In this document: positions 45,372 through 55,827 of the stretch, piece by piece | Layout: every line of letters begins with the position of its first letter | Numbering within the stretch: the stretch's first letter is position 1 | From: Gammaproteobacteria bacterium | Lineage (GTDB): Bacteria; Pseudomonadota; Gammaproteobacteria; Pseudomonadales; Azotimanducaceae | Direction: 5' to 3' | Length of the DNA: 64,000 bases | NCBI GenBank assembly: GCA_009837185.1 | Contig: VXUA01000083.1 | Coordinates: 56,371-120,370 of the forward strand | Notes under the pieces: generated by a model | Seen by the model: the letters and a program-made list of their open reading frames with translations, nothing else | What the model was told of the DNA's origin: nothing | Databases searched by the model: none | Translations under genes and position numbers: made by a program

Positions 45372-47369
45372 ATGAGACGAATACTGGTCACAGCAGCACT
45401 ACCTTACTCGAACGGTTCGATCCACCTAGGACACTTGCTCGAGCACATCCAAACGGACATTTGGGTTCGCTTTCAAAAACTTCGTGGCCACGAATGTTAC
45501 TTCATCTGTGCAGAAGACACTCACGGTACCGCGACCATGATTGGAGCGGAAGAAGCTGGAGTCACACCAGAAGTGTGGGTTGAAGAGCTCCGACAACAGC
45601 ACATCACTGACTTTGACGCATTCGCGATCAGCCACGACAACTACTACACTACTCACTCGCCAGAAAACGAGCATTTCGCCCGTGAAATATATAAAAAGCT
45701 AAAGGCTAATGACGCGATTTACACGGCTACGGTCGAACAACTCTATGACTCTGAGAAGAAGCTGTTTCTGGCAGATAGGTATGTTCGAGGGACCTGTCCA
45801 CGTTGTGGCGCAGAAGACCAGCCCGGTGATAACTGTGACAATTGTGGGGCGACTTATGCGGCCACTGAACTAAAGAATCCGCGCTCAGCACACTCCAACA
45901 CCACTCCCGTCTTGCGATCTTCAACCCACTATTTCTTCAATCTTCCCAAGTTTGAAGACTTTTTGCGTACATGGACCGAAAGCGGTACCGTACGACCCGA
46001 AATTGCCAACAAACTAAAGGAATGGCTAGACGGTGGAATGAAAGCGTGGGACATCAGTCGCGATGCGCCCTATTTCGGCTTTCGCATACCCGATACAGAC
46101 GACAAGTATTTCTATGTGTGGCTAGACGCACCCATGGGATATATGGCTAGTTTCCAAAATTGGTGTGATCGAGCTGGGATAAATTTCGATGATTTTTGGA
46201 ACAAGGACAGCCTTGCGGAAGTTCATCATTTCATCGGCAAAGACATCGTAAACTTTCACGCTTTGTTTTGGCCCGCAGTACTCCATTGCGCGGGATATCG
46301 CACACCGACCTCGGTTCGCGTTCACGGTATGATCACGGTGAACGGAGAAAAAATGTCAAAGTCTCGCGGAACGTTTATTAACGCTTCGATTTTTCGCGAA
46401 GTCTTAGATCCGGATACGCTCCGTTACTACTACGGAGCTCGACTGAATGCTTCAATGGGGGACATTGACATCAGCTTTGAGGATTTCGTTAATCGAGTCA
46501 ATTCGGATTTAATTGGGAAGTTTGTAAATATCCCTTCTCGGTGCGCTAATTTCTTACTGAGACACTTCGATTCAACACTCTCGACGAAGTTATCGCAGCC
46601 AGAGCTCTATGAAGAATTCTCCGCAAAACAGCAACTGATTGAAGAACTCTACGAAGAAGGCGAAACTAGTAGAGTTGTGCGGGAAATCATGGCATTGGCG
46701 GATCGTGCGAATCAATATATTGCAAACAATCCTCCCTGGGAACTTGCAAAGACGGCCGGCCGCGAACAAGAAGTACAAGCAATCTGTACCATGGCTATCA
46801 ATCTATTTCGCACTCTATGTGTATACCTGAAACCGATCGTACCTGGGCTCATAGCCCGTAGCGAGCAGTATCTCAACGCGGGTGAGCTCAAATGGGGTGA
46901 TGCAAATCAACCGTTGCTTGGGCATCAACTAGCTCCTTTCAAGCGACTGATGTCCCGGATTGACCTAAAGCAGATCGACAAGATTGTTAAAGCATCAAGA
47001 GATTCAAGTGCTGACGACTCCGACAGCGAACAAAGCACTTCCCAGACAATAGAGTTAGCTGAATTTCAAAAAGTTGATCTCCGAGTAGCGCAGATTGATA
47101 GTGCTAGTGTTGTGGAAGGAGCTGATAAACTACTCAAGTTAGAGCTCAAGGTAGGTGGTGAGAGTCGTACAGTGTTTGCAGGTATTCGTTCCGCGTATGA
47201 TCCAGTTGATTTGGTCGGTCGATATGTCGTCGTCGTCGCGAATTTGAAACCGCGCAAAATGCGTTTTGGCACTTCCGAAGGTATGGTGCTCGCCGCCGGG
47301 CCGGGCGATAAAGACATCTTCCTCTTATCGCCGGACGAAGGCGCAGTCGCCGGAATGGAAGTGAGTTGA
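45372..47369 (+). CDS. metG: Methionyl-tRNA synthetase MetG (with a C-terminal tRNA-binding domain)
   Basis: PYSNGSIHLGH, the zinc knuckle CPRCG...CDNCG, KMSKS and a C-terminal EMAPII/Trbp111-like domain. Confidence 0.9.
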   Translation: MRRILVTAALPYSNGSIHLGHLLEHIQTDIWVRFQKLRGHECYFICAEDTHGTATMIGAEEAGVTPEVWVEELRQQHITDFDAFAISHDNYYTTHSPENEHFAREIYKKLKANDAIYTATVEQLYDSEKKLFLADRYVRGTCPRCGAEDQPGDNCDNCGATYAATELKNPRSAHSNTTPVLRSSTHYFFNLPKFEDFLRTWTESGTVRPEIANKLKEWLDGGMKAWDISRDAPYFGFRIPDTDDKYFYVWLDAPMGYMASFQNWCDRAGINFDDFWNKDSLAEVHHFIGKDIVNFHALFWPAVLHCAGYRTPTSVRVHGMITVNGEKMSKSRGTFINASIFREVLDPDTLRYYYGARLNASMGDIDISFEDFVNRVNSDLIGKFVNIPSRCANFLLRHFDSTLSTKLSQPELYEEFSAKQQLIEELYEEGETSRVVREIMALADRANQYIANNPPWELAKTAGREQEVQAICTMAINLFRTLCVYLKPIVPGLIARSEQYLNAGELKWGDANQPLLGHQLAPFKRLMSRIDLKQIDKIVKASRDSSADDSDSEQSTSQTIELAEFQKVDLRVAQIDSASVVEGADKLLKLELKVGGESRTVFAGIRSAYDPVDLVGRYVVVVANLKPRKMRFGTSEGMVLAAGPGDKDIFLLSPDEGAVAGMEVS

Positions 47370-47381
47370 TCAAGGAACCTT

Positions 47382-47951
47382 TTGTTCGATCTCGTAACAA
47401 TCCTAGGGGGTGCTGCCCTAGTAAATAATTTCGTTCTCGTCCAACTTCTCGGCTTGTGTCCCTTCATGGGAGTGTCGAATCGACTAGCCACTGCACTACC
47501 GATGGGGATTACAACGACATTCGTAATAACAATTTCTACACTCTTAACGAATCTTCTTAACAATTACTTGTTAATACCTTATAACATTGAATTTCTGCGA
47601 CTCGTCCTATTCATCACTGTTATTGCAAGCGTAGTCCAACTTACCGAACGATACATTAAATACACCAGTAAGCTACTGCATCAAATGCTGGGTATCTACC
47701 TACCATTGATTACCAGTAATTGCGCGATTCTTGGTGTAGTGCTAACCGTCGCGGACCTGTCTCTCATTCAATCGCTAGCTATAGGGATTGGATCCGCTAT
47801 TGGGTTCACATTAGTGCTCGTTCTTTTTTCCGGATTACGAGCTCGTTTAGACGAACAGCATGTTCCGAAGGCATTCCAAGGAGCTCCCATTGCTTTTATA
47901 ACGGTCGGCATGTTAGCACTAGCTTTTCTAGGTTTTAAAGGTATGTTGTGA
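47382..47951 (+). CDS. rnfA: Rnf/Rsx electron transport complex subunit A
   Basis: LVNNFVLVQLLGLCPFMGVS matches the RnfA/RsxA N-terminus. TTG start after an AAGGAA Shine-Dalgarno sequence. Confidence 0.9.
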   Translation: MFDLVTILGGAALVNNFVLVQLLGLCPFMGVSNRLATALPMGITTTFVITISTLLTNLLNNYLLIPYNIEFLRLVLFITVIASVVQLTERYIKYTSKLLHQMLGIYLPLITSNCAILGVVLTVADLSLIQSLAIGIGSAIGFTLVLVLFSGLRARLDEQHVPKAFQGAPIAFITVGMLALAFLGFKGML

Positions 47952-48481
47952 TCGCACCAATCGTTATACCGACACTAGTGCTCAGTTCGAGCGCATTCTT
48001 ACTCGCTTGTTCTGTAGTCTTAACCGAGCGCGTATTGCGAAATAAACAAAAGCCCGACAATCTAATTACCCTAATCAACGAATTATTACCACAAACACAG
48101 TGTGCTCAGTGCGGTTATCCTGGTTGTTTACCCTATGCCGAAGCAGTTGCACACGGAGAAAGCATCAGTCTGTGTAAACCCGGTGGCGTAACAACTCAAA
48201 ATGCCCTCAGTACGCTGCTAAACCGACCGATTGAGGACGAGTTTCAAAGCGATCCGAACCCTCCCCTCGCTCGTATTCGAGAATCCGAGTGCATCGGTTG
48301 TGGACTGTGTGTTGCTGCGTGTCCTGTGGATGCAATAATAGGTGCTCCTAACTATCTTCACACTGTACTGGAATTGCACTGCACCGGATGCGAACTCTGT
48401 CTACCCCCATGTCCCGTAGACTGTATTGATCTAATCCAGTCAAACGATGTAGATCGAGTCCGAAACTATGCCGCGTCCTAG
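47948..48481 (+). CDS. rnfB: Rnf complex subunit B (Fe-S)
   Basis: N-terminal transmembrane helix, CAQCGYPGC cluster motif and two ferredoxin-type motifs (CIGCGLCVAACP, CTGCELCLPPCP). Confidence 0.9.
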   Translation: MIAPIVIPTLVLSSSAFLLACSVVLTERVLRNKQKPDNLITLINELLPQTQCAQCGYPGCLPYAEAVAHGESISLCKPGGVTTQNALSTLLNRPIEDEFQSDPNPPLARIRESECIGCGLCVAACPVDAIIGAPNYLHTVLELHCTGCELCLPPCPVDCIDLIQSNDVDRVRNYAAS

Positions 48482-49517
48482 TTTTACACCCATAAATTGG
48501 GTACGCGCGACTCCAGACAGCCTTTTGGACCGTATCGCTGAAGCAAACATTGTCGGCATGGGGGGCGCGGGATTTCCTACAGCCGAAAAAATCGCACTTG
48601 CTCGAAAACACGCTCCTAACTTCGTTATCGCGAATGGCATGGAAACCGATCCCGGTGTAAATGCAGACAAAGTACTGTTAGAACGACACTTGAACGATGT
48701 GCTCACTGGCTTGAGGATAGTTGCCAAAATTCTTTCAGCCGTACACAGTTTTGTCGCAACATCCCGCGAAAGAACCGGTCAGGTTGCACAAAGTCTGCTA
48801 AACGACAATGAGACCGTGCATTACATGAAGCCAACATATCAAAACGGTGCCGAAAGAGAACTCATTCAAATCCTTACCGGTCATGTAATAAAAGACAACA
48901 GTTTTCCTGCATTTGAGGGATATCTAGTCTTAAACGTCCACACTCTGTTTGCGATCGCGCAAGCGATTGCGGGCAAACCATTGACTAAACGACTGGTAAC
49001 GGTCAACGACGAAACTCATTGGATCGATATTGGTACACCTGTTGAAGCGATACTGGCATCAAGTGATCCAATTCGTGTCGGTTGTTATGCGACTGGACAC
49101 CGCCCCCGAGCGAACGAAGTGTTGACCGCACCGGTAAACGCTATTTCCACCGACAAATCTGTACAGGCACTACCGTGTATCCATTGTGGGTGGTGTGATG
49201 AAGCGTGTCCACGCGATGTTCCGGTAGAGTTGCTGTTTGTGTTGGCCGAACAACTAAAGCCGAATTTGGACGCGCAGGATGCGTTGAACCGTTGTAATGA
49301 CTGTGGAGCTTGCGTTGTAGCTTGTCCAAGCAACATTCATCTCCTTGACCACGTACGAGCATTACGCCAGCGAAATGACACTAAACGGGAGCGAATATCG
49401 AGAGCAACGCAGGCTCGAATACGCGTCGATGCGCGCGAGCATCGTATGCGCTCAGATGTCATCAGGTCCGATACCAAGCGCTCCGAACGTATGCAACAGC
49501 AACACAAGTGGCAGTAA
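48468..49517 (+). CDS. rnfC: Rnf complex subunit C, short form lacking the usual N-terminal ~130-aa domain
   Basis: GMGGAGFPTAEKI and two ferredoxin-type motifs (CIHCGWCDEACP, CNDCGACVVACP). Only 349 aa. Confidence 0.8.
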   Translation: MPRPSFTPINWVRATPDSLLDRIAEANIVGMGGAGFPTAEKIALARKHAPNFVIANGMETDPGVNADKVLLERHLNDVLTGLRIVAKILSAVHSFVATSRERTGQVAQSLLNDNETVHYMKPTYQNGAERELIQILTGHVIKDNSFPAFEGYLVLNVHTLFAIAQAIAGKPLTKRLVTVNDETHWIDIGTPVEAILASSDPIRVGCYATGHRPRANEVLTAPVNAISTDKSVQALPCIHCGWCDEACPRDVPVELLFVLAEQLKPNLDAQDALNRCNDCGACVVACPSNIHLLDHVRALRQRNDTKRERISRATQARIRVDAREHRMRSDVIRSDTKRSERMQQQHKWQ

Positions 49518-50392
49518 CCGACCGCCCTAAATTCCAAACTACAGGGATCATGGTCCACGTAGTGATTGCTCTTCTGCCTGGTCTAGGAGTCAGTGCTTGG
49601 TTCTTAGGTCCCAAAGTGTTTTTGGTGGTGCTAGTCTCGATTCTTGCGGCAGTTGCCACCGAAGCGATTGGCACTAGGTCAGTTCAGACTCTCCGCGATG
49701 GAAGTGCAGTGGTTACCGGAATGTTAATCGGGTTGTGTCTACCTCCCAGTGTCGCAATCTGGGTGCCGATTGTCGCGTCGGTGAGCGCAATCGCGCTGGG
49801 CAAACTGGTATTCGGAGGACTTGGTAAGAACCTCTTTAACCCAGCGATGGTGGGATATGCTCTCGTCCTAATCGCTTTTCCAATGCAGCTAGTTTATCTC
49901 GATGGATTGACCGGAGCGACGGCATTAGACGTACTAAAACATCAAGAGAAGGAATCACTTGACCTACTCGTTAATCATCCTGCTTTCGGTTTAGTCGGTG
50001 CGAAACACTTTGAATGGATGAATTTGGCGTTTTTGGTCGGCGGTCTCTATCTCGTATTACTCCGAATCGTGCCATGGTTACTCCCACTGAGTGTGCTCCT
50101 CGGAATCGCGGTTCCAGCACTCGTTTTTCTCCCTCTTGGCGATGCAACGTACAGTTTTGGTCCTCCATGGTTTCATTTATTTGCGGGAGGAACAATGCTA
50201 ACGGCTTTCTTTATAGCGACAGATCCAGTTACCTCGCCTTCAGCAAAATTACCCCAAATAGTCTACGGTTTTTTTGTTGGAAGCGTCGCATTTTTTATTC
50301 GATATTTCGGCACTTGGGCTGATGGATTCGCGTTTGCAATCCTGTTGGCAAATGCGTTTTTACCTCTTTTGGAACCAAAAAAGTTGCCTTAG
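49508..50392 (+). CDS. rnfD: Rnf complex subunit D (short, 294 aa)
   Basis: NPAMVGYALVLIAFP, the FMN-attachment-type TGAT (LTGATALD), ATDPVTSP and LLANA. Confidence 0.85.
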   Translation: MAVTDRPKFQTTGIMVHVVIALLPGLGVSAWFLGPKVFLVVLVSILAAVATEAIGTRSVQTLRDGSAVVTGMLIGLCLPPSVAIWVPIVASVSAIALGKLVFGGLGKNLFNPAMVGYALVLIAFPMQLVYLDGLTGATALDVLKHQEKESLDLLVNHPAFGLVGAKHFEWMNLAFLVGGLYLVLLRIVPWLLPLSVLLGIAVPALVFLPLGDATYSFGPPWFHLFAGGTMLTAFFIATDPVTSPSAKLPQIVYGFFVGSVAFFIRYFGTWADGFAFAILLANAFLPLLEPKKLP

Positions 50393-50396
50393 ACAA

Positions 50397-50840
50397 ATGA
50401 AGGCGATTGCCACACTTACACTACTAGCACTTGTCGCAGGCTGTTTGCTTGCGTTGTTGCAACTATTCACAGCAGACCGAATTGAACAAAACCAACGCGC
50501 TGCCGAGAAACAAATACTCGCAGGTTTAGTGGATTCAACAGATCCAGAGATTCTCCGCGAACAGGGTATTGAGTTAGTAAACACTGAGATTAGAGGATAC
50601 GGAGGTACCATGAAAATTGTTGTTGCGTTTCGCGGCGAGGAAATACTGGGTGTTCGCGTTCTCAGTCATGGAGAAACACCCGGATTTTCTGAGGTATTGA
50701 AACCTAATGACTGGATCGGTCGATTCGAAAGGCAATCAGTACATGAAGTTGATGCAGTTAGTGGCGCGACGATTACCACCAATGCATTAATTCGTGCAGT
50801 TAAAGACTCATTGCGCGGACGCGAGGGTAGTAAGCCGTGA
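50397..50840 (+). CDS. rnfG: Rnf complex subunit G (short, 147 aa)
   Basis: N-terminal transmembrane helix MKAIATLTLLALVAG and FMN-attachment motif VDAVSGATITTNA. The ORF-track start at 50274 lies inside rnfD and is rejected. Confidence 0.8.
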   Translation: MKAIATLTLLALVAGCLLALLQLFTADRIEQNQRAAEKQILAGLVDSTDPEILREQGIELVNTEIRGYGGTMKIVVAFRGEEILGVRVLSHGETPGFSEVLKPNDWIGRFERQSVHEVDAVSGATITTNALIRAVKDSLRGREGSKP

Positions 50841-51457
50841 CGCTTACTCAGAGACTTATCGATGGTCTGTGGACTCGAAACGTCGCTACGACGCAACTGT
50901 TAGGTCTTTGCCCACTACTCGCTGTTAGCTATAACGTTAAGAATGCTGTGGGTTTAGCCGTCGCGAGCACGTTTGTTTTGGTGTCCTCTTCCTGTTTGAT
51001 CTCACTGTTCAGGAAGGGAATTCCAGAAAACATCAGGTTGCCCTGCTTTGTTCTAGTCATTGCGACGTTCACAACGATCGCGCACATGATCATGCAAGCT
51101 TATGCGTGGGATGTGTATCAGCAAATCGCACTGTTCGTCCAAATCATCGTTACCAACTGTATGATTCTTGGTCATGTCGAGTCCGTAGCATCAAAGAAAG
51201 ACGTGAAAACGTCTGTGGTGATCGCAATGGGTACTGCTTTAGGATTTTCGCTTGTACTCATTATGCTAGGTGGTATACGGCAGTTGCTCGGTCTGTTGAC
51301 ACCGTTTGCAACTCAACCAGTCGGTTCTTTTTTTGTTATCGGAATTGCACTGGCTATGATCAACTATCTGAAGGGTTATTCTCCTCAAGGGCGCACCGAC
51401 GAACGGCAACAAGAACCAGACTATATGCAACCGGATAATGAACGAGCCGCTGAGTAG
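50837..51457 (+). CDS. rnfE: Rnf complex subunit E
   Basis: GLWTRNVATTQLLGLCPLLAVS matches the RnfE/RsxE N-terminus. Confidence 0.9.
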   Translation: MTLTQRLIDGLWTRNVATTQLLGLCPLLAVSYNVKNAVGLAVASTFVLVSSSCLISLFRKGIPENIRLPCFVLVIATFTTIAHMIMQAYAWDVYQQIALFVQIIVTNCMILGHVESVASKKDVKTSVVIAMGTALGFSLVLIMLGGIRQLLGLLTPFATQPVGSFFVIGIALAMINYLKGYSPQGRTDERQQEPDYMQPDNERAAE

Positions 51458-52136
51458 ATCTGAAGTCCTTAGTGATCTAGTTCGAAGCTACCGCATATTC
51501 GGAGCATTGGGCTGGGGCGATCTGGGCGATGGGCACATAAGCGCGAGGGACCCGGAGCACACAGAGTGTTTCTGGCTCCTTAGAAATGGAGTTCCCTTTA
51601 CTCAAGCGACAGTTGACGATATGGTGTTGTTAGACCAATCCGGAGACACAGTGCTTGGAGAGGGAAACGTGAATTCGCCAGCTTTCAACATCCACTGTCC
51701 AATCTTAACAGCTCGAACCGACCTAAACTCTGCCGCGCATACACACACTCCTTGGGGAACCCCTTTCTCTGCAGAAGTTCGACCCATATTGCCGATCACG
51801 CAAGAAGCTTGTATCTTCGTAGACGATTGCGCACTCTTTGATGATGAAGAAGTTCAAATTCGAGATTTAGCTGGCGGCACCCGAATCGCCCAGTGTTTAG
51901 GACACAAACATGCCATTATTCTTCGCAATCATGGGTTACTGACAGCAGGAGCTTCTGTAGCCAGCGCAGTTGTACGGTTCGTCACCTTAGAGCGCGTCGC
52001 TGAGGCGCATTTAAAGGTACAGAACCCAGTACCGATATCCGACGAGTCTGCCAAACAAGCACAAGGTGGACTATTTCGCGAGGCTCGTGTTCGTGCTAAG
52101 TTTGAATACTTGGCAAAATCTCATGGGATCACATAG
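51438..52136 (+). CDS. Class II aldolase/adducin-family protein
   Basis: GHISARDP, a zinc-ligand-type HTHTP segment and RNHGLLTAG are typical of the family. It is inserted between rnfE and nth. Confidence 0.7.
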   Translation: MNEPLSRSEVLSDLVRSYRIFGALGWGDLGDGHISARDPEHTECFWLLRNGVPFTQATVDDMVLLDQSGDTVLGEGNVNSPAFNIHCPILTARTDLNSAAHTHTPWGTPFSAEVRPILPITQEACIFVDDCALFDDEEVQIRDLAGGTRIAQCLGHKHAIILRNHGLLTAGASVASAVVRFVTLERVAEAHLKVQNPVPISDESAKQAQGGLFREARVRAKFEYLAKSHGIT

Positions 52137-52153
52137 TTCTAGGCCCAGTTGAA

Positions 52154-52795
52154 ATGAACCACGACAAACGCAGACAAATATTCGAGCGTTTCCGCGAGAA
52201 AGATAGTGACCCGGACACCGAACTCCATTACCAATCTCCATTTCAATTATTAGTCGCGGTAATACTCTCAGCACAAGCGACCGATGTAAGCGTCAACTTA
52301 GCAACAAAAGAGTTGTTTTCCGTCGCACCTACCCCAAGCAAAATGTTTGCACTTGGCGTTGACGGTCTGAAGGAGTACATTAGAACGATCGGACTCTACA
52401 ACGCAAAAGCAGAGAACGTACACAGTACATGCAAGATCCTGCTAACAGATCATAATGGAAAAGTGCCTAGCACCCGAGAAGAACTAGAGCGACTACCAGG
52501 TGTGGGTCGCAAGACAGCCAATGTCGTACTCAACACTGCATTCGACCATCCGGTGATAGCCGTCGACACTCACATTTTCCGTGTTGCAAATCGTACAAAT
52601 ATTGCTCGAGGCAAGAATCCCAGAGAAGTGGAAGACCGATTAACCAAGTGGATCCCGATTGAATTCAAGAAGGGAGCACATCACTGGTTGATACTCCACG
52701 GACGATACGTCTGTACGGCACGAAAACCAAAGTGTTATCTGTGTGAAATCGAAGATCTCTGCGAATTCAGAGACAAGACACCTTTGCCTGACTAA
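52154..52795 (+). CDS. nth: Endonuclease III Nth
   Basis: The HhH-GPD region LPGVGRKTANVVL, DTHIFRV, and the C-terminal 4Fe-4S motif CTARKPKCYLCEIEDLC. Confidence 0.9.
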   Translation: MNHDKRRQIFERFREKDSDPDTELHYQSPFQLLVAVILSAQATDVSVNLATKELFSVAPTPSKMFALGVDGLKEYIRTIGLYNAKAENVHSTCKILLTDHNGKVPSTREELERLPGVGRKTANVVLNTAFDHPVIAVDTHIFRVANRTNIARGKNPREVEDRLTKWIPIEFKKGAHHWLILHGRYVCTARKPKCYLCEIEDLCEFRDKTPLPD

Positions 52796-52933
52796 TCTCT
52801 ATTTGTCTAATTTAGCGAGAAAAAGCCCAAATTGACAAGATGTTGCGTATAACGATAGAGAAGCGTCGCGCGGATCCACCTAAGACTCTCCGCAAGCACG
52901 CGAAACAAATCTTGTTGAAAAAGTTACAGACCT

Positions 52934-53554
52934 ATGGAGTTAAAAGATCGATTTCGCGGCTATCTGCCCGTTGTACTTGATCTCGAAACCGGCGGGGTTG
53001 ATCCCTACAACCACGCGATCATAGAAATTGCTATCGTTTTTCTTGATTGGCGCGACGACATGTTATACCCAAGCAAACACCATCGATGGGCAGTTCTTCC
53101 ACATCCAGATACATGCATAGAGGACTCATCATTAGATTTGATTGGAATCGATCCTTTTGACCCCGCTCGCGGTGCTGAACTAGAAGAAACTTGCCTGAGA
53201 GATTGTTTTCGTACCATTCGGAAGAAGCTAAAAGCAACATCCTGTACTCGAGCTTATTTAGTTGGACACAACGCTTATTTTGACCACAACTTTATTAGAG
53301 CCGCCGCACAACGTAATAATGTTGGGCAAAATCCTTTTCACCTCTTCACGGTAATCGATACAGCCTCTTTAGCAGCAGTAAATTTTGGGCACTCTGTGCT
53401 ATCTGTAGCGTGCACCCGGGCTGGAATCGAGTTCGACGATAAAAAAGCGCACTCTGCGCTATACGATGCGACCGTTACCGCTCAACTCTTCTGTATGATC
53501 GTAAATGATTGTGAATTAAATCCAGATTGGATCAATCTCAACACTGCCGACTAA
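52934..53554 (+). CDS. rnt: Ribonuclease T
   Basis: DEDDh exonuclease motifs: VVLDLETGG, GHNAYFDHNF and HSALYDA. Confidence 0.85.
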   Translation: MELKDRFRGYLPVVLDLETGGVDPYNHAIIEIAIVFLDWRDDMLYPSKHHRWAVLPHPDTCIEDSSLDLIGIDPFDPARGAELEETCLRDCFRTIRKKLKATSCTRAYLVGHNAYFDHNFIRAAAQRNNVGQNPFHLFTVIDTASLAAVNFGHSVLSVACTRAGIEFDDKKAHSALYDATVTAQLFCMIVNDCELNPDWINLNTAD

Positions 53555-53576
53555 ATACGGCTCTTCACATCGTAGC

Positions 53577-53912
53577 TTAGGGCGAACCTTGATCCTCGGT
53601 CGCGGACTCTAAGAGTGGTTGTAGTTCACCTTGAGCGTGCATTTCGCTCACGATGTCGCACCCACCAACGAGTTCACCATTCACATACAGCTGAGGAAAC
53701 GTCGGCCAATTTGCGATCGCTGGTAACTCTTGTCGGATCGCCGGATTACTCAGAATATCGACATATGAGAAACGCTGATTGCACTCCATCAAACACTGCA
53801 CGGTTCGTGCTGAAAAACCACACTGTGGAGCATTGGGCGAACCTTTCATATATAACAAAATTGGATTATTCGCGATTTGCTCTTTAATTGCCGTAGCAAT
53901 ATCTTCGGTCAT
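53577..53912 (-). CDS. grxD: Monothiol glutaredoxin Grx4/GrxD
   Basis: Active site CGFS, WPTFPQLYVNGELVGGCDI. Confidence 0.9.
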   Translation of the reverse strand: MTEDIATAIKEQIANNPILLYMKGSPNAPQCGFSARTVQCLMECNQRFSYVDILSNPAIRQELPAIANWPTFPQLYVNGELVGGCDIVSEMHAQGELQPLLESATEDQGSP

Positions 53913-54137
53913 TCGAGTATCTCATCACTAATTAATAGAAGGATTATTGTAATCTGAGTGTCGTGCTCGATTCACGTAGAGAAAAACTCAGGACAACCAA
54001 CCCTCGATAACATTTATTCTTGAGTCATAGTGTCGATCACCGACTAATTCGACTTGAGCGCGTCGAAAATCCACAATTTGATAACGCGCAAACCCTAATT
54101 TTTCAACTGTCCATTTCACCAATTAGGAGGAGCAACA

Positions 54138-55280
54138 TTGAATTTCGACTTTGATACTGTTATCGACCGACGAGCGTGGCACAGCATTAAATGGGATAAG
54201 TATCGCGATCTTGATGTTTTACCGCTTTGGATTGCAGACATGGATTATCCGACCCCAGAGTTTATAGTTCAAGCAATACGTAAACGATTGGAGCATCCAA
54301 TTCTGGGATGTTCATCAATCCCGGATGATCTGAATGAAACCTTCATCCAATGGGCAGAGAGAAAATTTGGTTGGCAAATCGATGTCGATTGGCTTGTGTG
54401 GATGCACTCCGTGATGACAGGTGTCGACATTGCAGTTCGCATAATTGGAAATCGGGGCGATCAGTGTGTTATGACCGTACCGACCTATCCACCCTTCATT
54501 GCTGTACCAAAACGGCAGGATAGAGTTCCAGTGTTTTCTCCGCTACTTCAACTTGAAGGTGGGTGGGAGATGAACTTTGATGACATCCGACGTGCTACGA
54601 CGACCGCACCAACGTTCTTGTTCTCCAATCCACAAAACCCTACTGGTCGAGTGTACAACGCACGGGAATTAAAAGAACTAGCATCCACATGTATGCAGAA
54701 CGACACGATCTTGATTTCCGATGATGTTCACTGGGGGCTAGTATTAGAAGAGGAACTAGTGTACACTCCCATAGCTAGTCTGGATACCGAGATCGCCGAA
54801 AGGACCATCTCTCTATTCTCTCATACCAAAACTTACAACGTCGCGGGAGCTTCCGCCGCCGTCGCAGTAATTCCTGACCCTGAAATTCGTCAAGCCTTCA
54901 GATCGGAGGCTCTAAGAATTCATCCTACCATCTCACCTTTAGCGCTTGCCGGGGCTACGGCAGCCTACGGCGATGAATCATCATGGCTAAGTGAGTTGAA
55001 TTCCTATCTTCGTCAGAATCGCGATTTACTGCGGCAGGTGATTGAAGATTCGGAATTATTGCGAACAACAAACGTCGAAGGTACGCATCTCATGTGGATC
55101 GACGCGACACGACTACCCGTTTCAAATCCACAAAAACACTTCGAATCGTTTGGACTAGGACTGTCCGATGGCATTGAATTTCATGGATCGGGCTTTGTTC
55201 GTTTGAACTTTGCGATACCAAGATCGCTGTTGGACAAGTGTCTCGAGAAACTCCTCGAAGCGTGTACAACTTTTTGTTGA
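54138..55280 (+). CDS. PLP-dependent class I/II aminotransferase-fold C-S lyase (MalY/PatB-like cystathionine beta-lyase)
   Basis: WIADMDYPTP, NPQNPTGRVY and the PLP-lysine segment FSHTKTYNVAG. TTG start after an AGGAGG Shine-Dalgarno sequence. Confidence 0.75.
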   Translation: MNFDFDTVIDRRAWHSIKWDKYRDLDVLPLWIADMDYPTPEFIVQAIRKRLEHPILGCSSIPDDLNETFIQWAERKFGWQIDVDWLVWMHSVMTGVDIAVRIIGNRGDQCVMTVPTYPPFIAVPKRQDRVPVFSPLLQLEGGWEMNFDDIRRATTTAPTFLFSNPQNPTGRVYNARELKELASTCMQNDTILISDDVHWGLVLEEELVYTPIASLDTEIAERTISLFSHTKTYNVAGASAAVAVIPDPEIRQAFRSEALRIHPTISPLALAGATAAYGDESSWLSELNSYLRQNRDLLRQVIEDSELLRTTNVEGTHLMWIDATRLPVSNPQKHFESFGLGLSDGIEFHGSGFVRLNFAIPRSLLDKCLEKLLEACTTFC

Positions 55281-55780
55281 ATTACGTCAGAACGCGCCTT
55301 CGCTGCAAACTTTAAACTGTAAATATGTATAATATTTAACATTGATGAAAATCTTGGTTCAAATCTCGACGGGCTGTATTCTCCAGCGCGCTTGTCTTGC
55401 CAGTCAATTACGGAGGTCTCTTGACGAGAAACCTGGACGACAACCGGTCACATTTGAGATTACCCCTCAAGGTGAAAACTGATCACACACTAGCCAGCTA
55501 TAGAAAACGAAAAATTTACTTCACTAGACATATTTTTTAAAATATACAATTATTCAGTATATTAAATTATTCTTCATTGATACCATAGGATCAACTGAAA
55601 CAGGAATCTGATCAGCATTCAATTGGAATTTAGTTTACTCTATAGTTCGTAACTCCAGGAAAAGAGATTTGGCAGGACACTGGTAGGTTGATCGAGATTA
55701 GTAGAGTCGAACTCTTCGTACCCGCTCACCCTATGAAATCGAACGATTATCGAGACAATTTTTAGAACGAATCGCCTCTC

Positions 55781-55827
55781 ATCTAGTTGTTAGTAGAATG
55801 TCACTTATTCAAATCTAACAAGTAGTA
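55781..55827. promoter_or_regulatory. Two copies of ATCTA-N5-TAGTA spaced 32 bp apart in the nrdA leader (possible NrdR-type or other operator pair)
   Basis: ATCTAGTTGTTAGTA at 55781-55795 and ATCTAACAAGTAGTA at 55813-55827. The central pentamers are near reverse complements. The 32-bp centre-to-centre spacing equals three helical turns, as for paired NrdR boxes. The half-site spacing differs by 1 bp from the NrdR consensus I remember. Confidence 0.25.

Noticed and set aside
55485-55540. Other NrdR-box-like strings in the nrdA leader (CACACTAGCCAGCTATAG at about 55487, TCACTAGACATATTTT at about 55522, ACTCTATAGTTCGTAA at about 55638)
   Set aside because: Each matches only about half of the remembered 16-bp consensus and lacks a partner box at ~31-32 bp spacing. 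Only the paired ATCTA-N5-TAGTA elements were kept, at low confidence.
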